A stretch of DNA of 64,000 bases from an uncultured Gammaproteobacteria bacterium (GTDB lineage: Bacteria; Patescibacteriota; Microgenomatia; UBA10105; UBA927). Made by a program: the position numbers and the translations under genes. The DNA is taken from NCBI GenBank assembly GCA_964629685.1, contig CAZVTT010000003.1, positions 86,038 through 150,037 on the forward strand. Direction: 5' to 3'. Each line of letters opens with the position of its first letter. Positions within the stretch are counted from its first letter, which is position 1. Under the pieces are notes generated by a model. It saw nothing but the letters and a program-made list of their open reading frames with translations, was not told where the DNA came from and made no database searches. Of the stretch, positions 35,701 to 47,700 are shown piece by piece.

Positions 35701-38700
35701 CCTACGCATCTGATACACAATTTCATATGCTCTGCGCCGCAGTGCTTCGTTCACCGTAGCTCTGTTCCAGTTTGAAACGGACGGATATTGTGCAGTGTAC
35801 TGCCTGCGCAAATCCTCATATACCCGATCATATATCCGTTGTATGCGGGTAATAGCGCTGCCGCGGAATATTCGGCTTAACTGCGCGGAAGTAGGAATAT
35901 TTCCTTTTTCTGCGGCTACCACATCCGGGGATGAAAGTGCAGCCACATTCTTTTGTATTTCCGCCCGTTGAGCCGCAATCTGTACTCTGAAATATTCCTG
36001 CCGGATTAACGCGAATGCAATATCAAACCGTTGCGCGAGCGGAATTCTCTGAATAGTACTATTTGTTCTGTTATACCACTTGGTTCCGCTTGTGTAGACC
36101 AGGTAAGACGGAATACTGGACCAGTTCCCTTCAAATCCCTGCGGATTCGGATTTCGGTATACGAGGTAGTCCAGGCTGTAATCGTCTTTCACATACACTT
36201 TAACCGTTCCGGATTCCGGAGGTGTTCCCTGAGCAAGTCCTATCCGTTCTGCTAAGTACGCGGCTTTAGCCGTAACAAATGCATCCAGATCGGCAGTATC
36301 CAGCAGATTACCGATTAATGGCGTATACAACCTGCGCATTATTCCGGCGATAGCATCCTGTGTTACTGCCTGAGCCAGGGAAACTTGTTCGAGTACCGCT
36401 TCGTCATCCACTTTGGAATTTATTTCTATTAAACGAGTCACAAATTCGTTGGCTGCCATTCGGGAAACAATTTCCCTGACGCCGTTTGTCCTGTCTGCAT
36501 CCGACCAGATAGATGTGGCAAGTAACTCTTCTTCGACCTGACGTATCAGTTCGTTTGTATCCAGCACTGTTCCGTTAACCGCACCACGGATTACGGCATC
36601 TCCCACCCTACCGAACGCGGCCGACTGGACTTGTGTCGCCAATGCTGCCCGTTGTGTTCTGACTCTGGAATACATCTCCAACGCAACGGGAATTAATGCC
36701 TGGCGGGTTTCGGAAGCCAATGCCAGCCGTTCATCACGCGTCAGCAGTACTCCGCCGAGTCGGAACGCTCCGGATCGTACCCGCAGACTCCCCATCCAAT
36801 CTGTAACGGCAGATGCCACTGCGGCAGTATCGGTTGGACTTATATTCCGCGCAATCAGATACGCCATCAGGTTCCGTTGCATTTCCGGTGTTGTAACAGC
36901 AGCCGATATTGCCGCATCCCATTCGCGCCGTTGCGCTTCCCGCAGTGCATCGCGATGGAGCTCGCGGGCACGTGCGTTTACCGCTTTTCTCACTGCCGGT
37001 CTTCTTCTCAATGCAGGGTTCACCGTTCCCAGTAAATACTGTTCCGTCTCTTCCAGTTCAGAATATGAATCCAGTCGCAACTGATTCGTTGTGGCATTTG
37101 CCGGTATCGCCCGCAACGTACTCACCGTATCTTCAAATCTGTCCGCCGGCAACGTTACCGTTTGCAGTCGTGCTTCGGTCTGGCTTACATTCTCACCTGT
37201 TACGATTTCCGGAGCAGTTAATGCCGCAGGCTTTTCTGCCGTCGTCGTCTGATCTTCTCCTGCGGTAGTCGTGGTTACGGTAGTAGCTATCGTGGCAGCC
37301 GGACCTACTCTTCCCGCCCACGATCGTAATGCATCATAGAATAACAAAGTAGCCGTATATGGTATATTCCCACCGGGCACCGGCATTAAGAATGGATAAA
37401 CAAAACGAGTGAGCAGATATTTACCGCGATTTTGGGAGAATGAAACATTGAGTGTACCGCTGAATATACCGCTTTGTTGCGTACTGAATATATTTATCGC
37501 TCCCGCGAGTCGCTGCATCGGAGTAAGCGTCGGATTGGCTTTCAGGAAATCCCTGATTTCTGCAAATACCGGGAGTACGTCAGTACTTCCGCGTACCAGA
37601 ATGTCATAGGCGTCGACGGCAATGGTATAAAGTTTCAGTGGTGCATAAAACGGTGCGATTGGTCCCAGTAACTGACTTCCTGCCGGACCGAACTGTGCCA
37701 TGACCAGTTCCATCTGACCGACAATATCTTTAGGAAGTTGTCTGGTAACAAAGTACAACGGACTATATATATCCGGATTAATAAGTGCAAAAAGTCCGCC
37801 GCGTCGTTGGGTAAATGCCGCCAACGGACGTAAAAATTCCGGAACCCGTGCGAGTCTGGCTTCCGTCGTCAACTTAAGCTGTGCTTTTTCTGCTTCCGCT
37901 TCCTGCTTTTTCTGATTTTGATACAACGCGATTGCCGGATTTTGTACTGTCCGCAATCCCTGCCAGCCACGATTTAATTCGTAGGCGTATTCACCCGGAC
38001 GGGTTACGGCAAATCTGGCAAATCTGATTCCGTCATACACTAAGAAGTACGGATTCAGTATCCGGCTCCCTGCCCAGGTCAGTGTTTGTAGCGCTACGGC
38101 ACCGGTATTCAGTGGCCGCGGATTGCCGACGGCAAGTGGAGTTGCGTTAAAGACATAATTCACCAATCCGAAGAGTCCCCGTCCGCCTCGGGTATCGGTT
38201 CCGGCTCCTAAGCGCTGCAATATCCATCGCTGCAGCGCCGGCATGGCTTCAATTCGTGCTGCGATAGCGGCCTGTCGGGCAATTAACTCATCAACTTCAA
38301 TCTGCGCGGCAGATTTTGGAGCCGGCGGTTTTACCGGTTGATTGTCGGGTACAGGTGCTGCCACCTGATTTGCCTGGGGATCTGTCAGGTTTTCAAACGG
38401 TAAAATCGCCTGCACCTCCGCAGCAACTTCAGGAAGCGGATCGATCAACGGATCACCCGTTTGACTTATTCCTCCCACTGATTCCGGAGGAACTATGACA
38501 TCACTTTCAGCAACATCCGGTTGGGTTTGTGCGTCAGCTATTACCGCCCCCGCTTCTTCTACTGTGGTCTGAACCAATGTCGGTACTGTGGGAAGCTGCA
38601 CACCTCCGATTACTGTCGTAGCGGGTTGTGTACGCCCGGTAACCAGAGACAAAAATTGAAATAGTGCATTTTGTCTGGCCAGACGCTGCGCTGGCGTTAA

Positions 38701-41700
38701 CTGCTGAACCGTAGCTCCTTGTCCACCGACCGATTGATCCGCAGTAATGGGGATTGCTGCCACCGGTGGTACTACAACCACAGGAGCCTGCTGGTTAAAT
38801 TGACTCACAGCGGTTTGTGCTGATTCAAGCGCTAATTCGTTTGCTCTCGTTCTGACCGCCTGCTGAATCTGTTCATAGCCACGATATTGTGGCGTAACAA
38901 GTGTAGTAAGTGCTGTTTCCACGGGAGTTACCAATTGTGTTGGCAGTTGTACTTGATCAATCGGTATACCCTGAGCAAGCTGCGTTAAATAATACGATAC
39001 TATCGTGTCAACTGCAGGGGTATTCAACGCAGTAATCCGACGAACTTCTGCAGAAATTTCCTCCTGTGTCGGACCGGCAGGAAGTTGTGCTACCGGTGCG
39101 CTGTTTACCGGTGTAAATCCGGGAAGTCGAACTTGTGCTATATCACTATACCCATCCGCGGTGAAACCTACAGCAGTCGGATCCGTGATCACTTCTGTTC
39201 TTCCGTCCGCGTACACAACCCGGAACTCCTGCTGTTCAGATTCGTCTCGTTGCAATCGCAGCTGCATAAATCCTGCACGTGGTAACGAGGCAAATATATA
39301 TGTTCTTCCTGCATAGGTAACTCTGTATAATTCCCCTAATTTTTCAGGAGTATTTAAACCTTGGCGAGGATATGTAGTCATCAGTTCAACACGATAATCG
39401 GGAGATAGCAGCTCCGCCTGCATGCCCATAGCTCTCGCAAAGGCTACCGATTGCAAATTATGGGGGATAAATACTCCATCCTGATAAACCCCGCTAATAT
39501 ATGTAGAATATCGATTGCCATTTTCATATTCATCAAAAACTAAAGCACCATTAACGGCCTCATCCCCAATCTGAAGATCGGACAATGCGGACGCTATAAC
39601 TGAAGGAAGCTGTGAAATATTTTCAACATCTGACACCGGTACATCTACATATTTTCCATTTTGAATAGTCCTTAACGTAACGCGCCCTACAATGTGCAGT
39701 TGTGCAACATTTTGTTGTATTTGGGTTAACTCAGGTTCATTTACTCCCAATGAAATTAATATCTCCCTAGCTGCATCACCTTCATTACTAATCTCCTGTA
39801 CTGTAGACAATACCCGAACAATATCAACATATCTCATAGCCAATATTCTGGAATCCCCCCGAGCTATAGCGGCCTCAAACTCTTCAAATGCAGTTAATAA
39901 CTTAGTGCCAGTATTTGATTGCATTACTTTAGGCGTTATCGGATATCTTCTTAATATCGGCAAAAATCTTGAGGTGGGAACACTGTATTGTGTAAGTGCA
40001 CGGGTCACTTGTTCAGCTCGGCTTTTCTTCCCCTGATCAACAAGTGCGTCAACTAACGCTTGAATAAAAGTGTTTTGTACTATTCTGGAAGCGAGTGATG
40101 GTTGGTCATCCGCATTTATTTCCGGCTCTACGGGCGCTTGTGCCTGAACAATTTCTACTGCACCATCAGCATCATTATCAGTAACAACCACTCTTCTATC
40201 TTCTCCAATTTCCACCGTATCGCTTGGGGCAATTACGGCAGTATCCGTAACGGGGCTATCATTCACCATCAGCGGCTCTGCCGCCTGTTCTTCCGGTGGT
40301 CGTTGATCTGCAATCACCGTTTCGCCGGTCTCATTTTGGGTAATCACGATCGCCGGAACGTTTGGAGCATCCGATTCCGTAATCTCCCGCAGTTGAGTTG
40401 TGTTTGAGTCTACAATCACTGCTGTATCCGCATCGTCTACTTCTACGGATACATTGGAAACCGGTACCGGCAAATCTGACTGAGTTTGCGTATTCGTATC
40501 CGATTGATCCGTTGGGGCGGATTCTTCAGATGATTGGGAACCGGTATCCACTATTGCTCCCGGTGACTCCGGTCTGATGATGGTTACCACTGGTGCGGGA
40601 ATTATACGTTGAATAATAGGGGTACTTCCCAAGGTTTGGCGCATATCATTCATTGCCAACTGTACCCGGGCAGACAATGGTGTTTGGGTTGCCAAACCCA
40701 ACTGTCCGTCTGCATTCCGTACTACCGTAACCGGACGCGTTTCAGAAAGAATAATATCCCCTGGCTGTAACGTTACCGACGTTTCCCGGACTTCCAATAT
40801 CTGCCCGTTGCGCAGAATATGTGCCGGTATGGCCTGACCACCGACCCCCACGTTCGCCGTAAATTGCAACCCGTTGGTAATTGTCTGCACCCGTCCTCCG
40901 GTTACCCGGTACGGCTGATTTGCGTCGACGGCGATAAACGGTAATCGCTGTACTGTCGGGGTAGATTCTGCCGGCGCCTGTCGCACAAATATGCCCGCCA
41001 GGAAACCGCCGATACCCGTCGGTGCGGTTTGCTGCGCTCGCAGATCCGTAAGACTTTGGGCTAACGCGATGCGCTGTTGATCTGTTTGTTCCAATCGCTG
41101 TTGAATATCCCGATACATCACCAATGTGGAAAATGCAGCCGGATCGTTTACCCGAATAACCGATTGGGTACCGCGAAGTACCAGTCCGTCACGGGTTATC
41201 CGATTAAATGCCTCAAGCGACAATTGACCTGTAGGCATTTCCATCCCCTCAGGTAATAAATAGGTAGTTCTGCCCGGTACAATCTGACCGCGTACCACGT
41301 CGCGCCCCAAAGCATCAAAACTGATTATCTGTTGAGACGGATCACGGACGAACACCGGTGTCGTATTTATCATGAGCGCGTCACCCCTACGGATACCGCC
41401 GGATAAAGCACCGATAGTTGTCCTGGTAAGCTGTCCCTGACTTTCCAGTACGGTGATCTGGTCCCGCAGCGCCAATTGTTGTGTCTGCAACGGTCCGGGA
41501 ATATTCCGGAGTGTTTCCAACTCATCCTGCAGTATTCTGATGGTCTGCTGCGTATTTCTTGCCTGGAAAATAGTATTTAGAACCGGAACTGTCGAGAATG
41601 CTGGCTGCGGCAGTTGTGCTAACCGGGTTTGAACCGCAAGCGGAAACGCCGTAACATTGGCAAGTCCACTCCTTCTGGTTGCCTGCTCTGCGATCACTTG

Positions 41701-44700
41701 TGATTGTTGAACCTGTTCCTGTGACGCCGTATATGCCCGGGTAATATCCAATACCTGCGTGTTGTTCCCTTGGGGTATACGTAATTCATTCATCACCCGC
41801 GGATCAATGGACGTCTGAATTCTACCCACTAAATCAGTTAATGTTCTGGCGGAATTTAACGGTTGAGCTGCACCTGTCTGCTGGTTCGTCGGAAGAATAT
41901 CGGCAAGTTCGAATCGCTCCCGCGCGACATCAACCCTGTTCGTATATACTTCCCGTGCCGCCGGTGTTAAGCGTTCTATACCGGTTATTCCCCGGAGAAA
42001 TCCCTGTGCCCGATTCACGGAATTCAATACGTCTTGAGCGCCGGTAATTTCCCTAAAGCCGATGGTGGAATCCAAGTCAGTCGTTCGTCGGTATTCTGTC
42101 CGTAAGTTATCAAAATACTCGGTCGTTTGTCGGTTCGGATCTACACCGAGCAATCGTTCCAGCGCTGTCGGTTCTCGACGGGAAGCAAGTTCCATTTCAT
42201 TTATAACGGAAAGCGGCAAATTATCGGCTACCCGTTTGGCAGCTGCGAGTTCATTCCGTTGAGTGAGCAACGCTTCGTTCCGGGCGAAAAAGTCACGTGC
42301 TGTGGCAATATTCGCTAACTCGGCAGCCGGTACGTTCATACCCACCACTTCTAACCGTGAATACTCTCCGCTGCGGCCACGGTCACGACCGACGGCCTGC
42401 AGGAATGTGGTCTGGGTTGTATCCGTTCCCACGACGACGGTAAACCGTTCGGTTGATCGTGTATACAGATCCGTACCGTAATGAGAACCGTATTCGATTA
42501 CTGTCAGCAATGTTCTTTGACTATTACTGCCGTTCCGGTACGTTTCCATCGTGGCATCAACGCTTCGCAAATCATTGAGACGGATTTCTGTACCGTCTGC
42601 CCGGATAAGCCGGTGTTCACCACTGGGACTCACCACCAAAATATCGGCATCAGGTTGGGCACGGGACGCCTGTTCCCGAATCGTCCGCGACGATTGTTCT
42701 CCGGTAGCTATAACAACTATTTCAATATTTCCCCGTCGACCCTGCGTAATGGCAGTTCCGATATTTGCTGCATCTGCCACCCGGAATTCTGCAGGTTTGT
42801 GCGCAGCACCATCACTCAATACATAGTCCACCTGCCCGACAGGACTGGCATTCAGGGAAATACCATGTACTTTTTCAAATTGATTCCGGACATATTCCGG
42901 CGTTCCGGTAAATCCGAATATTTCCGAAAAATTCTGCATGAACAGCGCGTAATTTGTTCCTTTTGCCGTGCTGGTAACACTCACATCACCCAGATTTACC
43001 TCTACACGCCTGCCGATGCCTTCCAGCATCGCACCGCCTACATACTCAAGCGCCAACGCATCAAATGAACGGGATGGTGTCCGTTCTGTCGGGGCTGCTT
43101 CGTCGCGCAATCCGACCCGTTCACGACCTTCGCGGGTAACAACGCCAAAATCCACATCTACCCGTTTTCCGAGCATGTCCACTATACTTCCGGCAGCAGA
43201 ACGGGCTTCCGTAAAGTTCCCACGCAGGGTATTGGCGACTGATTCCCCAAGTCCGAAATTGTCTCCGTTCTGAAATCGTACGAGTGCTTCCTGACGCTGT
43301 GCTTCAGTGCCGGTAAATATTCTGTCACGGGCAGCTTCAGCGGCAGCTCTCTGTGACGGTTCCATTCTGCTTATCGCGACATCAAACATTTCGGTATATA
43401 ACCTATTCTGTGCAGCCTGATCTACAATCACGCCGCGCCCTTCACGGATCTCTATTCCCAGGGAACTTCTGGCACCGACAATATCACCCAATCTGGCCAG
43501 CTCAATAGCGCGTTGCACCGACGTACTGCGCGATATGACGGATTCAAACGTAGTAATAAATGTCCTACCCTGTTCATTCTGAGAAAGCACAATCCGTTCA
43601 CCCTCGCTGATGATGTAATCCACGTCAAGTCGTAAAGAGAGTTGGGCTTCGTCGGCAACCAACACCGCACCTTGTGCCTTTTCCATTACCGCTCTGCCCT
43701 GCTCGCCTTTTATTGATTCGTAGATAACGTCCTTCGTGGTCAGGAAAATTCTCCCTTGACCGACTTCCGCTGCCGTCCGCTGTGCGCCATCCAATAAAAC
43801 GACTCGGTTCCCTAAGGCTTCGGTTAACTGCTGTTCCACACGTACGCGCTGCTCATTGGAAAGTTGCGAGAACGATCGGACACCTTCCGGCATTTCTGCA
43901 AACTGTGTCGCGAAATTAAATAAATCGTTACTGGTGTTAAATAATCCGAATACGTCTTTCCCGGTCATTTCCGCTTTTAACGAAATAATTGCGGGAATAA
44001 TGGTTGATGATTTACCCACACCGGTAATAGCTTCATAGAGCGTTCCGACAGGCCCATCTGTGCGTTGGCCGATATTCAGCATGGCATCGACAATGAGTCG
44101 TTGCTGATTAAACTCCACGGATTCAAAACCACGTACACCCTGCAATTTTCCGCCACTGGTTTCTATCAGTCGCTGTTCTACGATTGCTAATTCACGGTTT
44201 ACTCTGTTTATCTGTGTCTGCACGTCTGCCGTCACTGCCGTGTTTGCCACTACACGGGTAGATGTCACCAACGTATCCCGCGGTAGCGTTCCGGTTATCT
44301 GACTATTCTCCAGTACATATAACGACCGGCCTTCTGCCAGTATCTCCACCCGTTGACCACCACTGAATTCCAGTACCATTCGTCCCTCACGGGTACCGAT
44401 TGCATCACGCAGTTCTGTCGTCGTACGGATTTCCCGGGGTAAATTCAGCCGTTCACCGCCTATTTCTATACCCGTCACCGCTGCACGGGTTCCGTCAAAC
44501 CCACGGATTTCACTGCGTACTTCTACAATCGGTCTTCCCTCGGGAGTGGTTTGCTGGAAACCTTCCTGTACTGCGCGATAGGCATCGACTTGGCTTTGAC
44601 CACGACCAACCAGCCGACCGAGAGCATTCGGACTCTCCGCACTACCAAGTATTCCATCAGCAATTCTTTGCGTTACTGACCGCTGTGTGTTTACCTGGAC

Positions 44701-47700
44701 CGGTGCAATTTCAGCACGCGGAATGGCAGTGGCAACGATCTGCACCTGCCCGTTCCCGACTGTCCCGACGACCTGATTGTTATTCACCAATCTGTCACCG
44801 GTCTCAAATACAAAATTCGCTTCAACCGGTATCCGTTGTACGGTCCCGTTCACCGTTCGTTCTACCACTAAATTCGGCGGAACCGTTTGTCCTGCCTGGG
44901 TTTGCAGTTGTAACGTTCCATTGGTGTTTACCACGGCTATTTCCTGTCCCTGGCCAACCGGGACTCTGGTCGGTAAACTCGCTCCTTGTGGCACCGGTTG
45001 CGCGACGTTAGCTGGAGGCCCGGAGACTTGAACTCGTGTATTCCCAGGAGCATATGCCGTTGCAGTGTTAACGACACCTGTTTCTCCGGTAGCTAATCGG
45101 GTGGGCGCAGCGAGTATGGCTTCATTACCGGAACGGGTTACGTAATCACTTGGTCTGAGTTCGTATGATTGACCACGTTCCATCACAATGGTCGTTCTGG
45201 TACCGTTTTCTGTTTGGGTCACCAGTCTAACTTCACCGGTTGTTCCTTCGGCTACCCGAACCCTGGCTACTTCGCCTTCCCGATATACTTCCAGAACCTG
45301 CTGATTCCTGCCCTCTCCGTATGTTAATGTCGTCGGCCGTTCTGCAGTTCCCGCTATTTCCAACGCGGTAGATCTGTCTACCCGACTACTTTGTGTACGG
45401 TATAACTGTATACCGAGTCCGATAGGATCTGACACCAACTGTCCGCCACGTGCCAGTAATGCGGTAACACCACCTTGTTCGTAAAACTGTGTCGTAGCGC
45501 GGCCTTCTGCACGGCCGAGCGCAGTATCGGGTCGAAGGAAATGGGTAAACGGACTTGCAAGCTGTAACGCTAATGCACTGCCGAGTGTATGGCCTATCCT
45601 GTCGGCATAACAGGTCGATTCCTGTTCCTGATCATCTATAATGCCTTCACCGGATAAATCACGGCAACCGGAGTTGCCCACTATCGTTTCCATGACACCC
45701 TTCCCGACAGCAGCACCGAGCGGCAGAACAATGTGTTCACCGATGGTCTTAAATTCCACATACCCGATAATGGAGCTTTGAAGTGCCTGAGTCGCACCCA
45801 ACCGTGCACCCGCACGACCGACTACTCCTTCGGATAATAACCCCGCAGATCCGAGTGAAATGCCCCGCGCGAGAGATTGAATTGGTGCCAAGCCGAAGTA
45901 TATGTCTCCGGCGGCACTCATACCGTATTCCATCGTGGTAGCTATTACGTTCCCAATATCATTTTGACCTGAAAATATTTCAGACCTCGCGAGAATGTCA
46001 CAACCCCGTGAACCGCCTACAAAACAGACAAAATCTATAGCAGTAGACACATTGCTTTCCGTAAGTGGACCTGCGGTATTGCCGCCGGTAATCCATCCGG
46101 CAATATTCTGTCCGGTAATAAAGTCTAAACTGGAACGGCTGGCATCACCTGCCAATGCGCCCAACATTTCTATCCGGTATCCAAGGTCAAGCGCATCTCC
46201 GACGATAGGCACCCATCCGTACGTCGTTTGTACCAACGCACCGACGGTTCCACCCAACGCCTGGAATGTATGGTCAATCGCAGTGGAAATCTGCAGATTC
46301 CCTAAGTCGCTGCCGACTGCAGAGATGTTCGTATACGCCCGTTCAATCCGACCTACCTGTTGCGCCGTTCCGTCCAATCCTAATAATGCAAAATTGCTGG
46401 CAAGAAAAACACGCTGGGCAATATTCCCGCCGTGATCGCCGGTTAACGCCAAATTCGCACCCATGGACCGCTCATACAGATCCCGAGCCCCATCCTCTCC
46501 TCCTAACGCATACGCAAACCCTACCAGAGGAGCTGCAATTAAATTATCCAATCCGCCATCGTCCGCCATACTGAATGCCATATTGGCTGCCACAAAATTC
46601 CGGTTAAAATTCTGGGCGCCTTCGATTCCCATAATGTCGATGTAGGCACCGGCCATAAACCCGGCCAGACCGCCTTCATCGCGCGCCGCATCAGCGGCCT
46701 GACTCCGTAACTCACGCTCCCGTGCAGCGATATCAATATTTATTTCATACTGTGCCAGAGACCGTTCCCCGCGTACGAATTCCATGCCGTATAAATCATC
46801 CGCCTGAGCCTGAACAACCAATTTTTGCTGATCGAGTGACCAGGATGTACCGGTGTTGATCATGGCTGCCACCATTTCCCGGTCACCGAACATGTGCATA
46901 TAGCCTTCGGGATCACTCAAATAGTCTTCCCACACGCCACCATTGTCGAACGCACCGATAGTTCCGTCACCCGTACACTGATATCCCGCTGTATTCAACA
47001 TTTCCTGATAGTTCGGACAAATGGCACCATCGCAACTGTAATCACAGGCAATAGCCCCTAGTCGCTCGCGCGTGGCAGGATCGTCATGTAACGCCTGCAT
47101 AAACGCCTGACTTTGCGTCAAACGCACCTGCATAGTATTTACGGACATATCTGCCGAATACATCCCCTGATAACTGACCCAATTGCAGGTCGTTCCGTGA
47201 CAGACATATACTTCCATTACCTGTTCCGGGGAATCACTTAATCCGTTATCGATATTACCGGGATCAAAAATATACATACTGGTTGTTCTGACTCCACCGT
47301 CAGACCAGTGGAATCCGACACTGCCGCCTGTCAGTAATGCACCCTGTTCCTGAGCTGTTAGCGTCCTGGGGACAAACTCCGCCAGTTCTTCAAAACTGGA
47401 AACCGTCACTACCCGACCGCGGGGATTTTGCGGAGAAAACACCGTACATTGCATTTCTGCATTCGTCTGTGTTTGAGTCGACGTATTGCAGGTGACATAA
47501 CTATTGCCGTTTTCTACCCAATCGTCAGCAAACTCGCCGGAAAACGTTTCCTGATATTGTCTGGTTAACGGATCTAACTGTGTTTTAATGCTATACGCAA
47601 CCTGTTGGCACTCGGCAGCAAATCCGGTTGTTCCGGACTGCGTACACATTTCCGAACCGGCAAGCACCGTATTCACCCGCGTGTCTATTTCCTGCTGACG

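Noticed and set aside
42100-44150. Calling this the housekeeping secA gene
   Set aside because: It is a divergent internal domain of a 17.5k-aa protein with non-canonical motif variants, so no gene symbol was assigned.
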